A DNA stretch of 50,196 bases from an uncultured bacterium. GTDB taxonomy: Bacteria; Actinomycetota; Actinomycetes; Mycobacteriales; SCTD01. Both the position numbers and the translations under genes were made by a program. The notes under the pieces are model-generated. The model did no database searches. It had not been told where the DNA came from and saw only the letters and a program-made list of their open reading frames with translations. Position 1 is the first letter of the stretch, and the number at the start of each line of letters is the position of its first letter. The stretch spans positions 6,312 to 56,507 of the forward strand of contig CAXTFU010000001.1 of NCBI GenBank assembly GCA_964243385.1, in the 5' to 3' direction. Positions 42,902-50,196 of this stretch are shown one piece after another.

Positions 42902-43756
42902 TCAGGAGCGCAGCTCGAGGGTGCAGCACTTGACGCCGCCACCGGCCCGCAGCAGCTCGGACAGGTCGACCCCCACCGGCTCGTAGCCGCGCTCGCGCAG
43001 CTGGTCGGCGAGCCGCCGCGCCGCCGTGGGCAGGACGACGTGCCGGCCGTCCGACACGGCGTTGAGGCCGAGCACGGCGGCGTCCTCGGCGTTCGCGAGC
43101 ACGGCGTCCGGGAACAGCCGCCGGAGCACCGCCAGGCTGCCCGGGCTGAACGCCCCCGGGTAGTAGGCGACCGAGCGGTCGTCGAGCACCGCCAGCGCGG
43201 TGTCCAGGTGGTAGTAGTGCGGGTCGACGAGGTGCAGCCCGACGACCGGCCGGCCGAACAGCTCCTGCACCTCGCCGTGCGCCCCGGGGTCGGTGCGGAA
43301 CCCGTGGCCCGCCAGCACGAGGTCGCCGACGACCAGGAAGTCGCCCTCCCCCTCGTTGGTCGCCCGGGGCTCGACCGCCTCGACGAGGTCGCCCGCCGCG
43401 ACGGCGCCCGCGAACCAGCGCAGGTAGGCCGGGCCCTCGTCCTGCCGCTCGGGATGGGTGAAGCGCGCACCGAGCGCCCGTCCGCCGACGACCAGGCCGC
43501 CGTTCGCCGCGAAGACCATGTCCGGCAGGCCGGGTGCGGCCTCGATGACGTCGACGCGGTGGCCGAGCCGCTCGTAGGTGGCGCGCAGGGCCGACCACTG
43601 CCGCATCGCGAGGTCGCGGTCGACCGGGACGGTGACGTCCATCCACGGGTTGATCGCGTAGCTCACCGCGAAGTGCTCGGGCGGGCACATGAGGTAGTGC
43701 CGGCGGGTGGCGACGCGCTCGGGCGACGCGGTCTCGGGGGCGGTCAGGACGCTCAA
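42902..43756 (-). CDS. ddaH: Amidinotransferase / DDAH-like enzyme (mirror copy)
   Basis: Exact twin of 6441-7295 (+). Confidence 0.8.
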   Translation of the reverse strand: MSVLTAPETASPERVATRRHYLMCPPEHFAVSYAINPWMDVTVPVDRDLAMRQWSALRATYERLGHRVDVIEAAPGLPDMVFAANGGLVVGGRALGARFTHPERQDEGPAYLRWFAGAVAAGDLVEAVEPRATNEGEGDFLVVGDLVLAGHGFRTDPGAHGEVQELFGRPVVGLHLVDPHYYHLDTALAVLDDRSVAYYPGAFSPGSLAVLRRLFPDAVLANAEDAAVLGLNAVSDGRHVVLPTAARRLADQLRERGYEPVGVDLSELLRAGGGVKCCTLELRS

Positions 43757-43912
43757 GGACGCTCCAGCTCAGGTGGGCCGGGGCGCCGGCGCGTCCTGTC
43801 GACGCTACGGACCGGATCGGCAGCCGGTGGTGTCGTTCTCTTCGCCGCTGACGGCGATCCGCTGCGCGCTCTGGCACGATGGCGGCGATCCGTTGCGCGG
43901 GAGGAGACCGAC

Positions 43913-44350
43913 GTGGACGAGCTGGACCGGGGCGTCGTGGGCTGCCTGCTGCGCGACGCGCGGTCGACCTACGCCGAGATCGGCGCGCAGGTGGGCCTGT
44001 CGGCCCCGGCGGTCAAGCGGCGGGTCGACCGGCTGCTCGCCTCGGGCGCCATCCGCGGCTTCACCGCGGTCGTCGACCCCGCCGTGCTCGGCTGGACGAC
44101 CGAGGCGTACGTCGAGCTGCACTGCAAGGGGACGGTCTCGCCGCAGGACCTGCGACGGAGCCTCGAGAGGGTGCCCGAGGTCGTCAGCGCCTGCACCGTG
44201 TCGGGGTCCGCGGACGCGCTCGTGCACATGCTGGCGGCCGACGTCGGCCAGCTCGAGCAGGCCCTCGAGCGGGTGCGCGACGAGCGCAACGTCGACCACA
44301 CCCGCAGCGTCATCGTGCTGTCGAGGCTCCTGGACCGTCCTCGCTCGTGA
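43913..44350 (+). CDS. lrp: Lrp/AsnC-family regulator (mirror copy)
   Basis: Exact twin of 5847-6284 (-). Confidence 0.85.
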   Translation: MDELDRGVVGCLLRDARSTYAEIGAQVGLSAPAVKRRVDRLLASGAIRGFTAVVDPAVLGWTTEAYVELHCKGTVSPQDLRRSLERVPEVVSACTVSGSADALVHMLAADVGQLEQALERVRDERNVDHTRSVIVLSRLLDRPRS

Positions 44351-45380
44351 GCACGTCGCGGACCGCGGCCACCAGGCGCGCGGTCTCGTCGTCCCCCCGC
44401 ACGGCGGTGCGCCAGTGCTCCGGCGTCAGGCCGGGGAACGTGTCGCCACGGCGCACGGCGATCCCCCGCGCGCGCAGGCCGTCGCGGACGTCGGGGCGTC
44501 CGGGGACGCGGCACAGCAGGTAGGGCGCCTGCGAGCCCGGGCTGACCTCGACGCCGACGTCCGTCAGGGCCTGCTGGAGCTGTCGGCGCTGCTCGGCCAG
44601 GGCGACGGCGTCGCGGCGGGCGCTCGCCACCGGCCCGCGCGCCAGGCAGGTGTCGAGGGCGACCAGCGCGAGCGTCGACACCGGCCACAGCGGCTGGGCG
44701 TCGCGCAGCCGGTCGACGAGCCCGGCCGGCGCGAGCAGGTAGCCGACCCGCAGCCCGGCGAGCGCCCAGGTCTTGGTGAGGCTGCGGACGACGACCAGCC
44801 CCGGCAGGTCGCCGCGTCCGGCCAGCGACTGCGGCTCGCCCGGCACGGCGTCGGCGAAGGCCTCGTCGACCACCACCGTGCGGCCGGGGCGGCACAGCTC
44901 GGCGAGCCGGTGGTGCACCATCCCGGTCGGGTTCGTGGGGTTGCCGACGACGACGAGGTCGGCCTCGTCCGGCACCTGCGCCGGGTCGAGCACGTACGGC
45001 GGCTCGAGCACGAGCCGGTGCACCTGGTGGCCGGCCGCGCGCAGGGCGGCCTCCGGCTCGGTGAACCCGGGGTGCACGACCACCGCGTGCCGCGGCTGCA
45101 GCACCCGCGCCAGCAGGACGAAGGCCTCCGCGGCGCCGGCGGTCAGCAGCACCTCGGCCTCGGGCCGCTCGTGCCGCCGGACGACCGCGGCGACGCCGGC
45201 CCGCTGTTCGGGGTAGGCGCCGAGCTGGTCGAGCCCGCGCACCAGGCGTCCGCGGAGCCAGGCCGGCGGGGCCGTCCCGCGGACGTTGACGGCCAGGTCG
45301 AGCAGCCCGGGGTCGAGCTCGGCGTCGCCGTGGTGGCGCAGGTCGTGGGCGTCGTCCGGGGTCGCGGGCTCGGGCGGCAC
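44310..45380 (-). CDS. cobC: Threonine-phosphate decarboxylase-type aminotransferase (mirror copy)
   Basis: Exact twin of 4817-5887 (+). Confidence 0.75.
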   Translation of the reverse strand: MPPEPATPDDAHDLRHHGDAELDPGLLDLAVNVRGTAPPAWLRGRLVRGLDQLGAYPEQRAGVAAVVRRHERPEAEVLLTAGAAEAFVLLARVLQPRHAVVVHPGFTEPEAALRAAGHQVHRLVLEPPYVLDPAQVPDEADLVVVGNPTNPTGMVHHRLAELCRPGRTVVVDEAFADAVPGEPQSLAGRGDLPGLVVVRSLTKTWALAGLRVGYLLAPAGLVDRLRDAQPLWPVSTLALVALDTCLARGPVASARRDAVALAEQRRQLQQALTDVGVEVSPGSQAPYLLCRVPGRPDVRDGLRARGIAVRRGDTFPGLTPEHWRTAVRGDDETARLVAAVRDVLTSEDGPGASTAR

Positions 45381-45381
45381 C

Positions 45382-46350
45382 TCAGCCGGCGACCGGGTCG
45401 GGGGCGTGCTCGTGCCCGTGCTGGTCGTGCCCGTGGCCGTGCCCAGGTCCGTGGCCGTGCCCATGCCCGTGCCCGTGGCCGTGGGTCGGGTCGTCCGGGT
45501 GGTCGTGCGGGGTCTGCGGGGCGCCGACCTTGTCCTCGAACCCGGGCAGTGCGACGCGGTAGGCGCAGGTGTCGCAGTTCATCCGCAGGTCGCCGCCGTC
45601 GATCTCGGCCCACCGCTCGAGCACCACGCCGGCGAGCGCGTCGGTCGGGCCGAGCAGGCCCGCGACGTGCACCTCGACGTCCGGGTGCCCGGCCGCCCAG
45701 GCCTGCGACTGCGCGACGATCCGGTCGGGCAGCACCCCGGCGAACAGGAACCACGGCAGCACGACGACGCGGCGGAACCCGAGCCGCAGCGCGCGGTCCA
45801 GCCCGGCCGGGACGGACGGCTGCGCCAGCGAGATGAACGCCGTCTCGACGGTGCCGAGCTCGCGGCCCTCCTGGAGCAGCCGTGCGGTCTTGGCGATCTC
45901 GGCGTTGGCGTCGGGGTCGGTGGCGCCGCGGCCCACGAGCACCACGGCGGTGTCCGGCCAGTCGGCGCGCGGGACGACCTGCTCGAGGTGCTGCTCGGCG
46001 ACGGCGAGCAGGTCGGGGTGGCTGCCCAGCGGCCGCCCGTACCGGAACGACAGCCCCCGGTGGCGCGCCTTCTCGCGCTCGAGCGCCGCCGGGATGTCGC
46101 CCTTGCTGTGACCCGCCGCGACGAGCACCAGCGGGACGACGTCGATCGTCCGGTGGCCGGCCTCCACCATGCGGCGCACGGCGTCCTGGATCGGCGGCGG
46201 CGCCAGCTCGAGGAAGCCGCCGGCGACGTCGGCCCACGGGGCGCGCAGCTGCGTCCGCTCGACGAGCTCGGCGAACTCCGCGCACCCCTGCTCGCTCTTG
46301 GTGCCGTGCCCGACGACGAGCAGTGCGGGACGGGCGGCGACTCGGGTCAC
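45382..46350 (-). CDS. cbiX: Sirohydrochlorin cobaltochelatase with His-rich tail (mirror copy)
   Basis: Exact twin of 3847-4815 (+). Confidence 0.85.
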   Translation of the reverse strand: MTRVAARPALLVVGHGTKSEQGCAEFAELVERTQLRAPWADVAGGFLELAPPPIQDAVRRMVEAGHRTIDVVPLVLVAAGHSKGDIPAALEREKARHRGLSFRYGRPLGSHPDLLAVAEQHLEQVVPRADWPDTAVVLVGRGATDPDANAEIAKTARLLQEGRELGTVETAFISLAQPSVPAGLDRALRLGFRRVVVLPWFLFAGVLPDRIVAQSQAWAAGHPDVEVHVAGLLGPTDALAGVVLERWAEIDGGDLRMNCDTCAYRVALPGFEDKVGAPQTPHDHPDDPTHGHGHGHGHGHGPGHGHGHDQHGHEHAPDPVAG

Positions 46351-46934
46351 GGGGTCTCCTCGTAGAGCAGGGCGTTCAGGGCGGCGGAGGCGACGGCGGA
46401 GCCGCCCTTCTCGCTGGTGTTCGAGACGGCGGGCAGGCCGCTGTCGCGCAGCGCCTGCTTGGACTCCGCCGCGCCGACGAAGCCGACGGGCAGCCCGACG
46501 ACGAGCGCCGGCTGCGCGTCCAGGGCGAGCAGCTCGAACAGCGCGGTCGGCGCGCAGCCGACGACCCAGACGGCGCCGGGACCGACCTCGGCCAGCGCCA
46601 GCCGGACGGCGGCGGCGCTGCGGGTCAGCGCGCCGTCCGCCCGGGCGTCGGCGAGCCGGCACACGGCCGTGCGGCGGGTGATGCCCGCGGCGACCATCTG
46701 CACGTCCGCGACGACGGGGGCGCCGGCGCGCAGCGCGTCCGTCCCGCGGCGCAGGGCGTCCTCGTCCAGCACGAGGTCGTCGACGTAGGACAGGTCGGCG
46801 CTGGCGTGCACGACCCGCTCGACGACCGCGCGCGATCGCGGCGGCAGGTGCGACAGGTCGACCCGGCGGCGCAGGATCGCGTACGACTCCTGCTCGATGG
46901 CGTGCACCCGGGGGCGCGGTGCAGCTGCGGTCAT
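46347..46934 (-). CDS. cobH: Precorrin-8X methylmutase (mirror copy)
   Basis: Exact twin of 3263-3850 (+). Confidence 0.9.
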   Translation of the reverse strand: MTAAAPRPRVHAIEQESYAILRRRVDLSHLPPRSRAVVERVVHASADLSYVDDLVLDEDALRRGTDALRAGAPVVADVQMVAAGITRRTAVCRLADARADGALTRSAAAVRLALAEVGPGAVWVVGCAPTALFELLALDAQPALVVGLPVGFVGAAESKQALRDSGLPAVSNTSEKGGSAVASAALNALLYEETP

Positions 46935-47704
46935 GCGTCGTCCTCGGCTTCCTGGGGGTCGAACCACTGCAGCGTCTCCCGCAGGCGGACGACGTCGCCG
47001 ATCACCGTGGCGACCGGCGCGCGCAGCCCGGCCGCGGCGACGTCGTCGGCGAGGTGCTCGAGCGTGCTGACGACGACGCGCTGGCCGGCGTGGGTGCCGT
47101 CCTGGATGCAGGCCGCGGGCGTCGACGGCGCGCGCCCCCAGCGGATCAGCGAGCGCGTCAGCAGCGGCAGCCGGTCGTGCCCCATGAGCACGACGAGCGT
47201 GCCCGGGCCGGTGGCGAGCGCCTGCCACCGCACCCGGCTGGCCGGGTCCTCGGGGTCGAGGTGGCCGGTGACGATGCAGACGTCCTGCGTCGAGCCGCGG
47301 GCGGTGACCGGGATGCCGGCGTACGCGGGCGCGGCCAGCGCGGACGAGATGCCCGGCACGACCTGGAACCGGATGCCCTGCGCGACGAGCGCGGCGGCCT
47401 CCTCCGACCCGCGTCCGAACACGAACGGGTCGCCGCCCTTGAGCCGCACGACGCGGCGCCCCGCCTGCGCGTGCTCGACGAGCTGGGCGTTGATCTCCTC
47501 CTGGCGCGGGGCGGTCCCCGTCCAGCTGGTCTTGCCGACGTCGACGAGCTGGACGTCGTCGCGGCAGTGCCGCAGCACGTCCGGGTGCACCAGCCGGTCG
47601 ACGAGCACGACGTCGGCCTCCCCGAGCAGCTCGGCCGCGCGCAGCGTCAGCAGGCCCGGGTCGCCCGGCCCCGCCCCGACGAGCGCCACCGTCCCGGGCC
47701 TCAC
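46931..47704 (-). CDS. cobA: Uroporphyrinogen-III C-methyltransferase (mirror copy)
   Basis: Exact twin of 2493-3266 (+). Confidence 0.9.
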   Translation of the reverse strand: MRPGTVALVGAGPGDPGLLTLRAAELLGEADVVLVDRLVHPDVLRHCRDDVQLVDVGKTSWTGTAPRQEEINAQLVEHAQAGRRVVRLKGGDPFVFGRGSEEAAALVAQGIRFQVVPGISSALAAPAYAGIPVTARGSTQDVCIVTGHLDPEDPASRVRWQALATGPGTLVVLMGHDRLPLLTRSLIRWGRAPSTPAACIQDGTHAGQRVVVSTLEHLADDVAAAGLRAPVATVIGDVVRLRETLQWFDPQEAEDDA

Positions 47705-47886
47705 GCGGGCAGCTCGAGGACGGCGTCGGCGGGGCACACCTCGACGCACTCGCCGCAGGAGGTGCAGCGGTCGGCGCGCACCTGCAGCGGGACGCCCACG
47801 ACGATCGCGTGCTCGGGGCAGGTGAGCAGGCAGGCCCCGCAGGCGGTGCAGTCGGCGGTGACGACGTACCTCGTGCGGTTGCTCAT
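47701..47886 (-). CDS. 2x[4Fe-4S] ferredoxin (mirror copy)
   Basis: Exact twin of 2311-2496 (+). Confidence 0.8.
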   Translation of the reverse strand: MSNRTRYVVTADCTACGACLLTCPEHAIVVGVPLQVRADRCTSCGECVEVCPADAVLELPA

Positions 47887-49535
47887 GCGCCGGACCACCG
47901 GTAGCCGCGCGGGGTGACCATCCGGGCGGACACCACGGTGCTCTGCGAGGAGCCGACGACGACGCACGCGAGCATCGTCACCGCGGCGCAGTCGAGCTCG
48001 GCGAGGGTCGTGAGGACGACGTGCTCGCGCGGCCGCGACGCGTCGGTGACGATCCCGACGGGGGTCGAGCCCGGACGGTGCTCGCGCAGCAGCTCGACCG
48101 CCCGGGGCAGCTGCCAGTCGCGCCCGCGGCTGCGCGGGTTGTAGAAGGTGACGACGAGGTCGCCCTGCGCGACGGCTCGCACCCGCGCCTCGATCGCCGG
48201 CCAGGGCGTGTGCAGGTCGGACAGGCTGATGCTCGCGTGGTCGTGGCCGAGCGGCGCGCCGAGCAGGCTGCTCGCGGCCAGCGCGGCGGTCACACCGGGC
48301 ACGCCGACGACGTCGAGGTCGTCGCCGGCCACCTCGAGCGCGGGGCTCGCCATGGCGTAGACGCCCGCGTCACCCGAGCCGAGCAGCGCGACGGCGTGCC
48401 CGGCCGCAGCCTCGGCGACGGCGCTGTGCGCGCGCTCCTCCTCCTCGCCGAGCCCGGTGACGAGCATCCGGGTGCCGGGACGGGCGAGGTCGCGCACCTG
48501 GTCGACGTACTGGTCGAGCCCGACCCACACGGCGGCCCGGCGCAGCTCGGCCTCCGCCCGGGGCGTCAGCAGGTCGCGGGCGCCGGGGCCGAGCCCGATG
48601 AGCGCCAGCCTTCCGCGCGGACGGCGGCGCGCCACCGCGACGGTCGCCGCGGCGCTCTTGGCCTTCTCGACGACGAGCTCGTCGCCGAGCAGCAGCGCTG
48701 CGGCCTCGGCGACGCTCGGCGTGCCGACCGCCGCGAGTGGGTGCCCGCTCGGGTTCGGCACGTCGACCTCGGCCAGCCGGTCGGACGGGAAGGTCGTGAG
48801 CGGCCACCCGCGCCGGGCGCACGCCTCGACGAGCCCGGCCTCGTCGGCCTTGGCGTCGGCGGTCCCGACGGCGACGACGGACGCGGCGGACAGCCCCGCA
48901 CCGGCCAGAGCCCGGTCGATCAGCCCGAGCACCTCGTCCGCGCCCACGCCGCGCGAGGCGCCCAGGCCGAGCACGAGCGACGGCGGCCGCAGCACGACCG
49001 TGCGCCCGTCCGGCTCGACGACGCGGTCGGTGACGCGGACGACGTGGTCGCCGTCCGCGCCGACGGGCAGCGGCGGCAGCGGCCAGGTCGCGTCGGCGTC
49101 GAGCCGCACGGGCCGGCCGTCGAGCATCGCGCGGCTCACGGCCGCGACGGCCCCCTCGACCGGCCAGCCCAGGGTGTCGAGCCCCGGCAGGCCGACCGCG
49201 TCGGTCGCGGTGGTGACGACGGCGGTGGCGCCGAGGACGTCGGCCACCTGCTCGGCGAGCGCGTTCGCCCCGCCGCCGTGCCCGCCGACGAGCGCGACGG
49301 CGAAGCGCGAGGCCTCGTCGACGACGACGACCCCGGGGTCGACCCGCTTGCCGCGCAGCAGCGGCGCGAGCAGCCGGACGGTCGCGCCGACGGCGAGGAA
49401 CGACACGAGCGCGTCGCACTCGGCGAACGCGTCCTCGAACGAGCGGACGTCGTACTCCTGCGTCTCGGGCAGGGCGGCAGCGAGGCGGGCCGCGGCCGCG
49501 CGTCCGGCCGCGGTCGTGGTGACCAGGCCGATCAC
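47883..49535 (-). CDS. cobJ: CbiG / precorrin-3B C17-methyltransferase fusion (mirror copy)
   Basis: Exact twin of 662-2314 (+). Confidence 0.85.
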   Translation of the reverse strand: MIGLVTTTAAGRAAAARLAAALPETQEYDVRSFEDAFAECDALVSFLAVGATVRLLAPLLRGKRVDPGVVVVDEASRFAVALVGGHGGGANALAEQVADVLGATAVVTTATDAVGLPGLDTLGWPVEGAVAAVSRAMLDGRPVRLDADATWPLPPLPVGADGDHVVRVTDRVVEPDGRTVVLRPPSLVLGLGASRGVGADEVLGLIDRALAGAGLSAASVVAVGTADAKADEAGLVEACARRGWPLTTFPSDRLAEVDVPNPSGHPLAAVGTPSVAEAAALLLGDELVVEKAKSAAATVAVARRRPRGRLALIGLGPGARDLLTPRAEAELRRAAVWVGLDQYVDQVRDLARPGTRMLVTGLGEEEERAHSAVAEAAAGHAVALLGSGDAGVYAMASPALEVAGDDLDVVGVPGVTAALAASSLLGAPLGHDHASISLSDLHTPWPAIEARVRAVAQGDLVVTFYNPRSRGRDWQLPRAVELLREHRPGSTPVGIVTDASRPREHVVLTTLAELDCAAVTMLACVVVGSSQSTVVSARMVTPRGYRWSGA

Positions 49536-49749
49536 GCCGGCACCGCCAGCGTCGAGGGGCACGGGTTCCCGCCGACCGGGCTCGCCGCACCTGGGGACGT
49601 GCTGTCGGCGTCTTCCCCTGCGTGCTGGTACGCGATGGGGCCTCCAGGCGTACCGGATCGCAGGGGAAGTGGCAGCCGGGCCTCGAGCTGGACGCACGGC
49701 TGGGCAGCTGCTGCGACGGACGCACCCAGGCCGATCACGCCGGCACCGC
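49523..49749. repeat. 24-bp direct-repeat pair bracketing the 179-bp insert (mirror copy)
   Basis: Twin of 448-674. Confidence 0.95.
49532..49738 (-). CDS. Hypothetical 68-aa junction mini-ORF (mirror copy)
   Basis: Exact twin of 459-665 (+). Confidence 0.3.
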   Translation of the reverse strand: MIGLGASVAAAAQPCVQLEARLPLPLRSGTPGGPIAYQHAGEDADSTSPGAASPVGGNPCPSTLAVPA

Positions 49750-50196
49750 TCGCGTCCCCGACAGGACGAAGACCGGGTTCGCGGGCACGAGCCGCGAGCC
49801 CGTCCCGAGCGGGGCGAGCGCGCTGACCTGCAGCAGCACCGCCTCGACGTCGTAGCCGGCGAGCGCCTCGCGCGTCGGCGCGACCTGCTCGACGGTGGCC
49901 AGCGCGACGACCAGGCGGGCCGGACGGCGGGCGGCGCACGCCGCGACGACCACCGGGCCGCCGCCGCCGACGAACACGGCGTCGGGGTCGGGCAGCGCTG
50001 CCAGCGCCTCGGGCGCCTCCCCCACGACGACGCGGACGACGACCCCGTGCGTGGCGGCGTTCTCGGCGACGCGGGCGGCGTCGGCGGGGTCGCGCTCGAC
50101 CGCGCACACGTCGGCGCCGAAGCGGGCGCACTCGACGCCGACCGAGCCGCTGCCGGCGCCGACGTCCCACACGACGTCGCCGAGGCGCGGGCCGAG
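49735..50196 (-). CDS. cobL: Precorrin-6Y methyltransferase C-terminal part, truncated by the window edge (mirror copy)
   Basis: Exact twin of 1-462 (+). Confidence 0.85.
   Translation of the reverse strand, partial: LGPRLGDVVWDVGAGSGSVGVECARFGADVCAVERDPADAARVAENAATHGVVVRVVVGEAPEALAALPDPDAVFVGGGGPVVVAACAARRPARLVVALATVEQVAPTREALAGYDVEAVLLQVSALAPLGTGSRLVPANPVFVLSGTRAVPA

Overview
Very GC-rich, actinobacterial-type DNA (roughly three-quarters G+C by eye, not computed). The main finding is structural. The whole 50,196-nt window is a spacerless perfect palindrome: nt x pairs with nt 50197-x, and the axis lies between 25098 and 25099. Only 25,098 nt are unique, and every gene appears twice in mirror orientation. 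Both window ends fall at the same nucleotide inside cobL, so the record is one 25.1-kb segment followed by its own reverse complement. This is most likely a fold-back sequencing or assembly chimera. If real, it would be a hairpin-ended replicon or a giant inverted duplication.

Each arm carries, in order:
- A translationally coupled cobalamin cluster: cobL 3' end, cbiG-cobJ fusion, 2x[4Fe-4S] ferredoxin, cobA, cobH, His-tailed cbiX and cobC.
- A divergent Lrp/AsnC regulator and amidinotransferase (DDAH-like) pair, then a small S4 RNA-binding protein.
- A cobalamin riboswitch in front of a NiCoT/NicO-type cobalt transporter.
- A STAS-RsbW fusion protein, an RNB-domain RNase, the F420 reductase npdG and a 954-aa HATPase-GAF-PP2C (SpoIIE) phosphatase.
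- panB, a TetR plus DHA2-type MFS efflux pair, and a PPOX-class F420 enzyme.
- nadE, bracketed by two different non-coding tandem-repeat arrays (58-bp and 71-bp units).
- An aldo/keto reductase, an SRPBCC protein and a Zn-dependent alcohol dehydrogenase.

The oddest local feature is a 203-bp duplication of the cobL/cbiG GTGA junction. It encloses a structured 179-bp insert and a 68-aa mini-ORF that is start/stop-coupled at both ends.

I recognised no transposase, integrase, CRISPR array, rRNA, tRNA or defence genes. The many long Arg/Pro/Ala-rich ORFs in the track are wrong-frame or antisense products of the high GC content.
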